Source of the DNA: an uncultured Gemmatimonadales bacterium
GTDB lineage: Bacteria > Gemmatimonadota > Gemmatimonadetes > Longimicrobiales > Longimicrobiaceae
NCBI GenBank assembly: GCA_963716255.1
Contig: OY970303.1
Location: forward strand, 1,824,001-1,888,000
Reading direction: 5' to 3'
Length of the DNA stretch: 64,000 bases
In this document: piece after piece, positions 18,819 through 28,472 of the stretch
Numbering within the stretch: the stretch's first letter is position 1
Layout of the letters: each line of letters starts with the position of its first letter
Notes under the pieces: generated by a model
What the model saw: the letters and a program-made list of their open reading frames with translations, nothing else
What the model was told of the DNA's origin: nothing
Databases searched by the model: none
Made by a program: the position numbers and the translations under genes

Positions 18819-21239
18819 ATGGACACGCTTCTCCTCGACGTGCGCTACGCGCTCCGCAGCCTGGGCAGGTCGCGGGGGTTCGCGGCGGCGGCGATCGTCT
18901 GCCTGGCGCTGGGGATCGGCGTGAACACGGCGGTCTTCAGCATCGTGGACACGCTGCTGTTCAGGCCGCTCCCCTTCGCGGAGGGGGAGAGGGTGGTGCG
19001 GCTGTACGCGCAGGCCCCGCGGGAGGAGGGCGAGGAGACCGCGTTCAGCGCGGGGGAGCTGGCGGAGATCCGCGCGCGCGGCCGGACGCTGGCCGGGGTG
19101 GCGGGCGTGGGGATGCGGGGCTTCAACCTGGCGGGGGAGGGCGAACCGGTGCGGCTCCAGGGGTCGCCGGTGACCCACGACCTGTTCCCGCTGCTTGGGG
19201 TGCGGCCGGCGCTGGGGCGCGGCTTCCTCCCGGAGGAGGACCGGCCGGGGGGTGAGCCGGTGGCCATCCTGAGCCACGAGGTGTGGCGGGGGCAGTTCGG
19301 CGGCCGCGCGGACGTGGTGGGGCGGACGGCGATCCTCAACGGGATCCCCACCACCATCGTGGGGGTGATGCCGCGCGGCTTCCGCTTCCCGGAGACGACG
19401 GAGCTGTGGGTGCCCGCACGGCCGGACGCGGCGGACCCGTACGACCGGCGCTGGATGCTGCTGGTGGCCCGGCTGCGGCCGGGCGCCACGGTGGGCCAGG
19501 CGGGCGCCGACCTGGCCCGCGTGGCGCGCGAGGTGGCGGCGGAGCGCCCGGACACCCACGCGGGGCGGCGCTTCGGCGCGCGCGCCTACGGCGCCGCGTA
19601 CCTGCGCGGCGAGCGGGGGACGCTGCTGGGGCTGATGGGGGGGGCGGTGGGGCTCGTGCTGCTCATCGCCTGCGCCAACGTGGCGAACATGCTGCTGGCG
19701 CGCGGCACCACGCGGCGGCGGGAGATCGCGGTGCGGGCGGCGCTGGGGGCGGGGCGGGGGCGCATCGTGCGGCAGCTGCTCACCGAGAGCGTGCTGATCG
19801 CGCTGGGCGGCGGGGCGGCGGGGGTGCTGGTGGGGGCGTGGTGGCTGGGGTGGCTGGTGTCGCGCTTCGGCGTGGAGCTGCCGTACTGGATGACCTTCGG
19901 GCTGGACGGCCGCGTCCTGGCGTACACCGCGGGGCTGTCGCTGGGCACGGGACTCCTCTTCGGCATCCTCCCGGCGCTGCGCGCCTCGCGGACGGACCTC
20001 GTGGGCTCGCTGGCGGACGGCGCCCCGGGTGCCGCCGGGGGGCTGCGACGCAACCGCCTGCGCGGCGCCCTAGTGGCCGGCGAGATCGCGCTGGCGCTGG
20101 TGCTGCTGGCCGGCTCGGCGCTCGCCATCCGCTCGTTCCTGGCCGCGGCGGGCACCGACCCGGGGGTGGACGCCGCACGCATCCTCACCGCCCGGACCTC
20201 GCTCACGGGCGAGCGCTACGACGCGGTGGCGGCGCGCGCGGCCTTCTTCCGGGAGCTGGAGGGCCGGCTGCGCGCGCTCCCGGGGGTGCGGGGCGCGGCG
20301 CTCACCACCGCGCTCCCCGCCGGCGACGTGGGCGAGGCGACGACGGTGGCCGCCGAGGGCGCCGCCGCGGACCCGGACGCGGGGACCGGCGCGCGCTGGA
20401 TCGCGGTGACACCCGGCTACTGGGAGGCCGTGGACCGGCCGCTCCTGGCCGGCCGCGACTTCACCGCGCGGGAGGCGGCGGACAGCGCCGCGGCGGTGGC
20501 CATCGTCAGCCGCGAGCTGGCGGAGCGGCTCTGGCCGGGGCGGGACCCGCTGGGGCGGCGGATCCGCGTGGCGGTAGAGGGCGACGCCCCCTGGCTGGAG
20601 GTGGTGGGCGTGGCGCCCACGCTGGGCTACGCCCGGCCGGGCGACGCCGGGGCGCGGGAGCGGAGGCAGGTGCACCTGCCGTACGCCCGCGCCGGCTGGC
20701 GGCTGATGACGCTGGCCGTGCGCTCCGCCGGCGACCCCGCCGCGCTGGCCGCTCCCGTGCGCCGCGAGGTGCGCGCCCTGGACCCGTCGCTCCCGCTGTT
20801 CACCGTCCACACCCTGGGCGAGTACCGCGCCTCCACGCTGTGGCTGGAGCGCGCCGCCGGCCAGGCCTTCGCGAGCCTGGCCGTGCTCGCGCTGCTCCTC
20901 GCCACGCTGGGCGTGTACGGCGTCATGGCGTACGCCGTGGGCCAGCGCACCCGCGAGATCGGCATCCGCATGGCGCTGGGCGCCCGCGCGCCGGACGTGG
21001 TGGGGATGGTGGTGCGGGAGGGCGCGCTCCTGACCGCCGCGGGAATCGCCGTGGGTCTCCCGTGCGCCCTGGCGGTGTCGCGCCTGATGCGGAGCACGCT
21101 GCGCGGCGTGGGCCCCGGCGACCCGGTGGCGTTCCTGGCCGTGCCGCTGCTGCTGGCCGCCGTCGCCGTGCTGGCGAGCTGGATCCCCGCCCGCCGCGCC
21201 GCCCGCGTCGATCCCATGAGTGCGCTGCGAACGGACTGA
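18819..21239 (+). CDS. ADOP-like duplicated ABC permease 4
   Basis: MDTLLLDVRYALR, LIACANVANM, PARRAARVDPMSALRTD; closest to permease 2 by eye. Confidence 0.92.
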   Translation: MDTLLLDVRYALRSLGRSRGFAAAAIVCLALGIGVNTAVFSIVDTLLFRPLPFAEGERVVRLYAQAPREEGEETAFSAGELAEIRARGRTLAGVAGVGMRGFNLAGEGEPVRLQGSPVTHDLFPLLGVRPALGRGFLPEEDRPGGEPVAILSHEVWRGQFGGRADVVGRTAILNGIPTTIVGVMPRGFRFPETTELWVPARPDAADPYDRRWMLLVARLRPGATVGQAGADLARVAREVAAERPDTHAGRRFGARAYGAAYLRGERGTLLGLMGGAVGLVLLIACANVANMLLARGTTRRREIAVRAALGAGRGRIVRQLLTESVLIALGGGAAGVLVGAWWLGWLVSRFGVELPYWMTFGLDGRVLAYTAGLSLGTGLLFGILPALRASRTDLVGSLADGAPGAAGGLRRNRLRGALVAGEIALALVLLAGSALAIRSFLAAAGTDPGVDAARILTARTSLTGERYDAVAARAAFFRELEGRLRALPGVRGAALTTALPAGDVGEATTVAAEGAAADPDAGTGARWIAVTPGYWEAVDRPLLAGRDFTAREAADSAAAVAIVSRELAERLWPGRDPLGRRIRVAVEGDAPWLEVVGVAPTLGYARPGDAGARERRQVHLPYARAGWRLMTLAVRSAGDPAALAAPVRREVRALDPSLPLFTVHTLGEYRASTLWLERAAGQAFASLAVLALLLATLGVYGVMAYAVGQRTREIGIRMALGARAPDVVGMVVREGALLTAAGIAVGLPCALAVSRLMRSTLRGVGPGDPVAFLAVPLLLAAVAVLASWIPARRAARVDPMSALRTD

Positions 21240-21248
21240 TACGGCGGT

Positions 21249-21381
21249 TTCGGGCGTGCCCCCGGCTGGCGCCGGGGTCGGGCTTCGGCTCCGTAAGCCC
21301 GCAAACAACGCGGGCTAACGGAGTCGAGCCCGCGCAAACAGCCGCGCGGTCTCGCCCCTTCGGGCCGTAATCCCTCACGCG
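21249..21381 (-). repeat. Element A, complete copy
   Basis: Minus-strand copy; P4 CCGCGC/GCGCGG, P5 AGCCCGC/GCGGGCT. Confidence 0.9.
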
Positions 21382-21494
21382 ATTTCGTGCCTGGCCTCGA
21401 CGTTCCGCGGGCGCGTGACCCACACGCGTTCCGTGGGAACCAGCAGTGCGCCAGCGGTACGGCAGTGCGAAGCACGGCGAGCGACGGGGCGGCG

Positions 21495-21615
21495 GGTGTC
21501 CGCTTGCGGGACGACAAATCCCACGGGCGCACGGCCCGGCGGACGCGCAAAATCCCAGGTCGTTGCGGCGCAACGGCCTGGGATTTTGCGCACGGGGCAC
21601 GCGCCTCGCTTTCGG
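21495..21615 (+). repeat. Repeat module C, copy 3
   Basis: Close match to 13291-13410; gcgcaaaatcccaggtcgttgc-ggc-gcaacggcctgggattttgcgc. Confidence 0.75.
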
Positions 21616-21645
21616 AAGCACCGCGCGGACGCCAGCGCGGTGCCT

Positions 21646-21776
21646 GCGTGAGGGATGCGAGCGCGAAGCGGCGAGACCCGCCGGCAGTTTGGCGGGGCTC
21701 GCCTCCGTTGCAAACGGTAGTATCGTTTGCTACGGAGCCGCAGCCCGACCCCGCGCCAGCGGGGGCACGCCCGAAC
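21646..21776 (+). repeat. Element A, complete copy (variant subfamily)
   Basis: P2 TGCG/CGCA, P3 CGC-GAA-GCG, P5 GCAAACG-GTAGTAT-CGTTTGC. Confidence 0.9.
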
Positions 21777-21816
21777 CCGCAGCTCGAAGCCGTTCGAAAC
21801 CAGGAGGCGCCACCCG

Positions 21817-24240
21817 ATGGAAACGCTGCTCCAGGACCTGCGCTTCGCCTTCCGCTCGCTGCTGCGGAGCCCCGGCTTCACGGCGGCCGTGATCCTGACC
21901 CTGGCACTGGGGATCGGGGCGACCACGGCGATCTTCGGCATCCTGGACGCGGTGCTCTTCCGTCCCCTGCCCTACGCCGACGCCGGCCGGCTGGCCATGG
22001 TGTGGGAGCACGACCGGTTCAGCGGCACGGAGCGGGAGCCCGCCTCGGTCCCGGACTACTACGACTTCCGCGCGCGGAGCCGGGCCTTCGCGGAGCTGGC
22101 GGCGTTCCAGGAGCGGCAGGCGAGCATGGCCGGGAGCGACGGCGAGGCCCGGCAGCTGAGCCTGGGCGCGGCCGGCCACCAGCTCTTCCCGCTGCTGGGC
22201 GTGCGGCCGCTGCTGGGCCGCGTCTTCGGGGAGGCGGAGGACCGGGAGGGCGCGGCGCCGGTGATGGTGCTCGGCGAGGGGCTGTGGCGGGATCGCTTCG
22301 GGGGGTCGCCGGAGGTGCTGGGCAGCACGGTGCGCCTGGACGGGGTCCCGCACACTGTGGTGGGCGTGGTCCCCGCCACGCTGGACCTCCCCCGCGAGGA
22401 CACCAACGCGTGGGTGCCGCTGGCGCTGGGGCCGGCGAGCTCGCCGCGCAGCCTGCACAACGTGACGGTGGTGGGACGGATGCGGCCCGGCGTCACCCCG
22501 CGGGCCGCGCAGCGCGAGATGACGGCGCTCGCCGCCCGGCTGGAGGCGGAGAACCCGGGCGAGAACCACGGGCGCGGCGTCACCGTGGAGCCGCTGCACG
22601 AGGCGCTGTTCGGCACCGTGCGCACGCCGCTGCTTCTCCTGCTGGGCGCGTCCGCCCTGGTGCTCCTGGTGGCCTGCGTCAACGTGGCGAACCTGCTCCT
22701 GGTGCGGGGCGCGGGGCGGACGCGCGAGGTGGCGATCCGCGCCGCGCTGGGCGCCACGCGGCGGCGGCTGGCGCGGCAGCTCCTGGTGGAGTCGCTGCTG
22801 CTGTCGCTGCTGGGCGGGGCGGCGGGGGTGGCGATCGCCGCGTGGGGCACGGAGCTGCTGGTGGGGCTCGCCCCGGCGGGGGTCCCCCGCCTGCACGAGG
22901 TGGGGATGGACGGCAGGGCGCTGGCGGTCGGGCTGCTCGTCGCCCTGGCCACCGGCTGCCTGTTCGGACTGGTGCCGGTGCTCCAGGCGCGCCGGGTGGA
23001 CCCGCAGGCGGGGCTCCGCGCGGACGGGGGCCGCGGCGCCTCCGCCGCGCTCGGGGCGGCGCGGGCGCGGCGCGGGCTGGTGGCGGTGGAGGTGGCGCTC
23101 TCGGTGGTGCTGGTGGTGGGGGCGGGACTGCTGGTGCACAGCCTGTGGCGGCTGCAGCGGGTGGACCCCGGCTTCCGGACGGAAAACGTCCTGCGGGCGA
23201 GCTTCGTCCTCCCGGCCTCCCGCTACCCGCAGAGCTACGACGTGTACCCGCGCTGGGATGCGGTGACCGCCTTCCAGCGAGAGCTTCTGGAACGGGCCCG
23301 CGGGCTGCCGGGGGTGCGCTCCGCGGCGCTGGCCAGCCATCACCCGCTGGCGCCGGGCTTCACCAACAGCTTCGTGATCGAGGGGCGCGAGGACGAGGCC
23401 GCGGACCAGGCGGAGATCCCCCTTCGCGCGGTGAGCCCGGAGTACTTCGCCACCGTGGGCGTGCCGCTGCTGCGCGGGCGGCTCCTCGCCCCCCGCGACG
23501 ACGCCGACGCCCCCGCGGTGCTCCTGGTCAACGAGGCGGCGGCGCGCCGCTTCTTCCCCGGCGCGGACCCGGTGGGAAAGCGCATCGCCTTCTGGGGGAC
23601 GTCGCGCGAGATCGTGGGCGTGGTGGGGAACGAGCGCTTCCACGGGGTGGCGGCGGATGCCCCGCCGGCCGCGTACCCGCCGCTCGCGCAGACGCCCATG
23701 GCCGCCGCGACGCTGCTGCTGCGCGCGGCGGGAGATCCCGCGGCGCTCGTCCCGGCGCTGCGTGGGGCGGTGCGCGGCCTGGACGCCGAGGTGGCGCTGT
23801 ACGAGATGGAGACGCTGGACCGGACGCTGTCGCGCTCCATCTCGCAGCCGCGCTTCACCACCGCGCTGCTGGGGACCTTTGCCGCGCTGGCCCTGCTGCT
23901 GGCGGTGATCGGGGTGTACGGCGTGCTCAGCTACGCGGTGGCCCAGCGGACCCGGGAGATCGGGATCCGCGTGGCGCTGGGCGCCCGCCGCGGCGAGATC
24001 GTGCGCCTGGTGGTCGGGCAGGGGATGGCGCCCGTGCTCGCCGGACTCGCGCTGGGCCTTGCGGCCGCCTTCGCCGGCTCCCGCCTGCTGTCGGGGATCC
24101 TCTTCGAGGTGGCCCCCACCGATCCGCTCGCCTTCACGGTCGTGGTCCCGGTGCTCGGCGCCGCATCGCTGCTCGCCGCCTGGCTCCCCGCGCGCCGCGC
24201 CGCGAGCGTGGACCCCATGACCGCGCTGCGGACGGACTGA
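21817..24240 (+). CDS. ADOP-like duplicated ABC permease 5
   Basis: AGGAGG then ATG; METLLQDLRFAFR, LVACVNVANLLL, PARRAASVDPMTALRTD. Confidence 0.92.
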   Translation: METLLQDLRFAFRSLLRSPGFTAAVILTLALGIGATTAIFGILDAVLFRPLPYADAGRLAMVWEHDRFSGTEREPASVPDYYDFRARSRAFAELAAFQERQASMAGSDGEARQLSLGAAGHQLFPLLGVRPLLGRVFGEAEDREGAAPVMVLGEGLWRDRFGGSPEVLGSTVRLDGVPHTVVGVVPATLDLPREDTNAWVPLALGPASSPRSLHNVTVVGRMRPGVTPRAAQREMTALAARLEAENPGENHGRGVTVEPLHEALFGTVRTPLLLLLGASALVLLVACVNVANLLLVRGAGRTREVAIRAALGATRRRLARQLLVESLLLSLLGGAAGVAIAAWGTELLVGLAPAGVPRLHEVGMDGRALAVGLLVALATGCLFGLVPVLQARRVDPQAGLRADGGRGASAALGAARARRGLVAVEVALSVVLVVGAGLLVHSLWRLQRVDPGFRTENVLRASFVLPASRYPQSYDVYPRWDAVTAFQRELLERARGLPGVRSAALASHHPLAPGFTNSFVIEGREDEAADQAEIPLRAVSPEYFATVGVPLLRGRLLAPRDDADAPAVLLVNEAAARRFFPGADPVGKRIAFWGTSREIVGVVGNERFHGVAADAPPAAYPPLAQTPMAAATLLLRAAGDPAALVPALRGAVRGLDAEVALYEMETLDRTLSRSISQPRFTTALLGTFAALALLLAVIGVYGVLSYAVAQRTREIGIRVALGARRGEIVRLVVGQGMAPVLAGLALGLAAAFAGSRLLSGILFEVAPTDPLAFTVVVPVLGAASLLAAWLPARRAASVDPMTALRTD

Positions 24241-24283
24241 GGGACAGAAGGGAACAGGGAACAGCCTGCAACGGCGACGGCGA

Positions 24284-24427
24284 CCCCCTCCCCCGGCCCC
24301 TCCCCGCAAGGGGGAGGGGAGCACGACACGGCAACGGCGAGGATCGCAGCGCGGAGATTCCCCTCCCCCGGAACGGGGGATATAAGGGGCGAGCCGTGCG
24401 AGCCTAAAGCGAGCCGGGTGGGGGCCC
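24284..24427. repeat. Repeat module B, inverted relative to the copy at 15983
   Basis: ccccctcccccggcccctccccgcaagggggag...gagcacgacac...gcgagccgggtgggggccc. Confidence 0.7.
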
Positions 24428-24448
24428 AGCGGACGCCAGCGCGATGCC

Positions 24449-24581
24449 CGCGTGAGGGATGCGAGCGCGAAGCGGCGAGACCCGCCGGCAGTTTGGCGGG
24501 GCTCGCCTCCGTTACGCAGCGTTGTTTGCTGCGTTACGGAGCCGCAGCCCGACCCCGGCGCAGCCGGGGGCACGCCCGAAC
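24449..24581 (+). repeat. Element A, complete copy (variant subfamily)
   Basis: P4 CCCGCC-GGCAGTTT-GGCGGG; P5 ACGCAGC-GTTGTTT-GCTGCGT. Confidence 0.9.
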
Positions 24582-24621
24582 CCGCGGCTCAATGCCGTTT
24601 GAAACCAGGAGGCACCCACCC

Positions 24622-27015
24622 ATGCAGACGCTGCTCCAGGACCTGCGCTTCGCCCTCCGCACGCTGCTGCGGAGCCCCGCCTTCGCGGGCGTGGCGACGC
24701 TGACGCTGGCGCTGGGGATCGGCGCCGTCGCCACCCTGTTCAGCGTGGTGGACGGGGTGCTCCTGCGTCCCCTGCCCTTTCGCGAGCCCGACCGGCTGGT
24801 GGCCGTGAGCCCCGCGCTCCTGCGCGGCGAGTACGTGCTGGCCCGCGACCGGAGCCGCTCGTTCGCGGAGCTGGGCGGCTACCAGGCGGGCGTCGGCTTC
24901 GGGCTGTCGGGCGGGGGCGAGCCGGAGCGGGTCACCGGGGCCTACGCCTCCACCAACCTGTTCGCCGCGCTGGGCGCGGAGCCGCTGCTGGGCAGGGGCT
25001 TCGCCGCGGGCGAGGACCAGCCGGGGCGCGGCGGCGTGGTGGTGCTGGGGCACGGCCTCTGGCGGCGGCGGTTCGGCGCCGACCCGGCGGTGGTGGGACG
25101 AACGGTGACGCTGGACGGCCAGCCGCGCACGGTGGTGGGGGTGATGCCGGCGGAGTTCCGCTTCCCCTCGGCCGAGACCGAGCTGTGGGTGCCGGTTTCG
25201 CTGGACCCGGCTCCGCACGCCGTGGGCGCGCTGTGGGGGATGGGCGGCTTCCAGGCGGTGGGGCGGCTGGCGCCCGGCGCAACCCCGCGGCAGGCGCTCG
25301 CGGAGCTGGGCGCGCTGGCCCGGGCGATGCGCGCGGAGAACCCGCTGTGGACCCCGCCGGAGCCGTACCGCGCGGACGCCGCCGTGGTCCCGCTGAGGGA
25401 CGCGGTGGTGGGCGAGGTGCGGCCCACGCTGCTGGTGCTGCTCGCGGCGGTGGGGTTCGTGCTGCTGATCGCCTGCGCCAACGTCGCCAACCTGCTGCTG
25501 GCGCGCGGGCTGGGGCGCGGGCGGGAGATGGCCCTGAGGTCCGCGCTGGGAGCGGGGCGGGGCCGGCTGGTGAGGCAGCTCCTCACCGAAAGCCTGGTGC
25601 TCGCGCTGGCCGGAGGCGCCGCGGGGCTGCTGCTGGCCACCTGGGGGCTGCGCTGGCTGGTGGCGGCGCTCCCGGCGGACACGCCCCGCCTGGCCGAGGT
25701 GGCGCTGGACGGGCGGGTCACGGCACTCGCGCTGGGAGCCACGCTGCTGACCGGTGTGGCGGCCGGCCTGTTCCCCGCCTGGCGGGTGACGCGGAGCGAG
25801 CTGCAGGGCCCGCTCCGCGAGGGCGCCGGGGCGGGTGGGGGGCGGCGCCGGCTCTCGGGGGTGCTGGTGGCGGCGGAGATCGGGCTGGCGATGGTGCTGG
25901 TGGTGGGGGCCGGGCTGCTGATCCGCAGCGTACGCGCCCTGGTGGCGGTGGACCCCGGCTTCCGGACGGAACGGGTGGTCTCCGCGCGGATCGACCCGCC
26001 GGAATCGCTGTACGGCGACCCGGCGCGGCAGCGGGCCTTTTACGCGGAGGTCCTGGGGCGGGTGCAGGCACTCCCCGGCGTGGGCGCCGCGGGGCTGACC
26101 AGCCAGCTCCCCCTGGGCGGCGAGCCCTCGCCGTGGGCCACGGCCGTGGAGGGAGTCACGCTCGATCCCAACGCCCTCCCCATGTTCGACCGGCGCGCAG
26201 TCACCCCGGAGTACCTGCGGACGCTGGGCGTCCGGCTGGTGCGCGGGCGCGCCTTCACCGCCGCCGACCGCGAGGGCGCGCCCCCGGTGGCGCTGGTGGA
26301 CGAGGCCGCGGCGCGCCGCTTCTGGCCGGGGGAGGACCCGGTGGGAAAGCGCATCGGCCACCCCTGGGCGAACGACTGGATGACGGTGGTGGGCGTGGTC
26401 GCCGAGGTCCGCAGCGCCGGCCTCGCCGGGGAGCAGAACCCCGCCTACTACGCTCCCTTCGCGCAGAAGCCCGGCGCGGGGATGACGCTGGTGGCGCGCA
26501 CCACGTCGTCGCCGGAGGCGCTGGCGGGCAGCCTCCGCGCGGTGGTGGCCGGGGTGGACCCGCAGGTCCCGGTGAGCCGCGTCCGCGCCATGGACGAGTG
26601 GATCGCGGAGTCGGTGGCGCGCCCGCGCCTCACGGCGGTCCTGCTGGGCGCCTTCGCGGGGCTGGCGCTGCTGCTGGGCGCGGTGGGCGTGTACGGGGTG
26701 ATCGCCTACACGGTGGGCGAGCGTACCCGGGAGATCGGGCTCCGCATCGCGCTGGGCGCCGGGGTGGGCGACGTGGTGGGCATGGTGCTGCGGCAGGGGG
26801 CGCTGCTCGCCGCCGCCGGGATCGGCGCGGGGCTGCTCGCCTCGCTCGCGGCCACGCGCGCCCTCGCCGGGCTCCTCTACGGCGTCACCGCCACCGACCC
26901 GCTCACCTTCGCGGTGGTCCCCGCCGTCCTGGCCGCCGCCGCCCTGCTGGCGACCTGGCTCCCCGCCCGCCGCGCCTCCCGCGTGGACCCCATGACCGCG
27001 CTGCGCGGCGACTGA
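24622..27015 (+). CDS. ADOP-like duplicated ABC permease 6
   Basis: AGGAGG then ATG; MQTLLQDLRFALR, LIACANVANLLLAR, PARRASRVDPMTALRGD. Confidence 0.92.
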   Translation: MQTLLQDLRFALRTLLRSPAFAGVATLTLALGIGAVATLFSVVDGVLLRPLPFREPDRLVAVSPALLRGEYVLARDRSRSFAELGGYQAGVGFGLSGGGEPERVTGAYASTNLFAALGAEPLLGRGFAAGEDQPGRGGVVVLGHGLWRRRFGADPAVVGRTVTLDGQPRTVVGVMPAEFRFPSAETELWVPVSLDPAPHAVGALWGMGGFQAVGRLAPGATPRQALAELGALARAMRAENPLWTPPEPYRADAAVVPLRDAVVGEVRPTLLVLLAAVGFVLLIACANVANLLLARGLGRGREMALRSALGAGRGRLVRQLLTESLVLALAGGAAGLLLATWGLRWLVAALPADTPRLAEVALDGRVTALALGATLLTGVAAGLFPAWRVTRSELQGPLREGAGAGGGRRRLSGVLVAAEIGLAMVLVVGAGLLIRSVRALVAVDPGFRTERVVSARIDPPESLYGDPARQRAFYAEVLGRVQALPGVGAAGLTSQLPLGGEPSPWATAVEGVTLDPNALPMFDRRAVTPEYLRTLGVRLVRGRAFTAADREGAPPVALVDEAAARRFWPGEDPVGKRIGHPWANDWMTVVGVVAEVRSAGLAGEQNPAYYAPFAQKPGAGMTLVARTTSSPEALAGSLRAVVAGVDPQVPVSRVRAMDEWIAESVARPRLTAVLLGAFAGLALLLGAVGVYGVIAYTVGERTREIGLRIALGAGVGDVVGMVLRQGALLAAAGIGAGLLASLAATRALAGLLYGVTATDPLTFAVVPAVLAAAALLATWLPARRASRVDPMTALRGD

Positions 27016-27048
27016 TGTGAGGGAACGGAAATGCGAAAGTGCGAAGTG

Positions 27049-27181
27049 CGGGCGTGCCCCCGGCTGCGCCGGGGTCGGGCTTCGGCTCCGTAACGCACAA
27101 ACAACCGTGCGTAACGGAGTCGAGCCCCGGCGGAAACAGCCCCGCCGGGTCTCGCCCCTTCGGGCCGGAATCCCTCACGCG
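27049..27181 (-). repeat. Element A, complete copy, followed by a partial module B (27190-27236)
   Basis: cgggcgtgccc...tccctcacgcg on the plus strand. Confidence 0.9.
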
Positions 27182-27253
27182 ACGGCAGGCCCCCACCCCC
27201 CGGCCCCCTCCCGCTCAAGCGGGAGAGGGGGAGCACTGCGGGACCTGCAAACT

Positions 27254-27304
27254 GCGCCCCCACCGGGATCTCCCGGAGGGGGCGCCTTTCGTGTACTGCG
27301 TACT
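27254..27304. terminator. Terminator-like hairpin (module D), repeated at 31553-31602
   Basis: gcgcccccaccgggatctcccggagggggcgcctttcgtgtactgcgtact, between convergent genes. Confidence 0.55.
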
Positions 27305-27331
27305 TCGTATCGCCTTCACTTCTGCACTTCT

Positions 27332-28369
27332 TCAGTCCCCCGCCCCCCCGCGCCTGGAGAGCAGCGTCGGCGCCTTCGCCAGCAGCCGCCCCAGCTGGCG
27401 GCGCTCCGTCCGCCAGGCGGGAGCGAGCCCCAGGTCCACCGAGGGGCCCGCGTCGGCCACGGTGGCCGGGTCCACCGGACGGCCGCGGCGGCGCACCTCG
27501 TAGTGCAGGTGGGGCCCGGTGGCGAGCCCCGTCATCCCCACGTAGCCGATGACGTCGCCCTGCGACACCATGCCCCCCCGCCCCACCCCCGGCGCGATGC
27601 GCGACAGGTGCGCGTAGCGGGTGCTGTACCCGTTGGGATGCTGCACCTCCACAAGGTTGCCGTAGCCGCCGCGGCGCGCCGCGAAGACCACGCTGCCGTC
27701 ACCCGTGGCGCGCACCGGGGTCCCCGCGGCGGCCGCGTAGTCGATGCCGGTGTGCGGCAGGACGCGGCGCAGGATGGGGTGCATGCGGTCCAGGCGGAAG
27801 CCGGAGGTGACGTGCGCCACCTCCAGCGGCCGCGCCCAGGCCGCGGGGTCCAGCGAGCGGCCCATCTCGTCGAAGTACCCGGGGTGCTCGCGGCCGTCGA
27901 AGAAGAAGGCCTTGTGGAGCGACCCGCCCACCGCGGCCTCGGCGGCGAGCACCTGGATGGAGCGCGTGCTGCCGTCCGGCCGCACCACCCGCTCGTAGGC
28001 CACCCGCAGGCGCCCGCCGCTCCCCAGCCCGTCCTCGGGGAGGAGGGGGACGAAGATCTTGTCCAGGTGGCGGCCGATCATCCCGCGCTCGGAGGGCGAC
28101 AGGTCGCTGGCCAGGGTGCGCAGCGCCTGGCTGAAGCTCCCCTCGGCGTACCCGCCCAGGAACAGGGTGTCCACGCGCCCTGGCGTGGCCTGCACGGCGG
28201 GGAGGAGGACGGGCGCGGGGCCGGAGGGATTCCCCTCGGGGCGGGACCAGGACGCGACCGCGGCACCACCCAGGCACAGGATGGCGGCGACGGCGGAGAG
28301 CGGGACGGCTGCCCGGCTCACCCAGGGACTGCGGCTCATGCGGAGGATGCGACTGCGATGGGTTGTCAT
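27332..28369 (-). CDS. M23 family murein DD-endopeptidase (MepM-like)
   Basis: HTGIDY (HxxxD), YAHL, GPHLHYE (HxH); N-terminal hydrophobic anchor. Confidence 0.92.
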   Translation of the reverse strand: MTTHRSRILRMSRSPWVSRAAVPLSAVAAILCLGGAAVASWSRPEGNPSGPAPVLLPAVQATPGRVDTLFLGGYAEGSFSQALRTLASDLSPSERGMIGRHLDKIFVPLLPEDGLGSGGRLRVAYERVVRPDGSTRSIQVLAAEAAVGGSLHKAFFFDGREHPGYFDEMGRSLDPAAWARPLEVAHVTSGFRLDRMHPILRRVLPHTGIDYAAAAGTPVRATGDGSVVFAARRGGYGNLVEVQHPNGYSTRYAHLSRIAPGVGRGGMVSQGDVIGYVGMTGLATGPHLHYEVRRRGRPVDPATVADAGPSVDLGLAPAWRTERRQLGRLLAKAPTLLSRRGGAGD

Positions 28370-28472
28370 GCGACGGAGAGGGATACAAGATAGGACCGAG
28401 CCCGGCCCGGCGGAAGGATCACGGACCGGGCGCGGCGTGGGCCGGCGCCCGGGGACGGCGGAGCGCGAGCGG

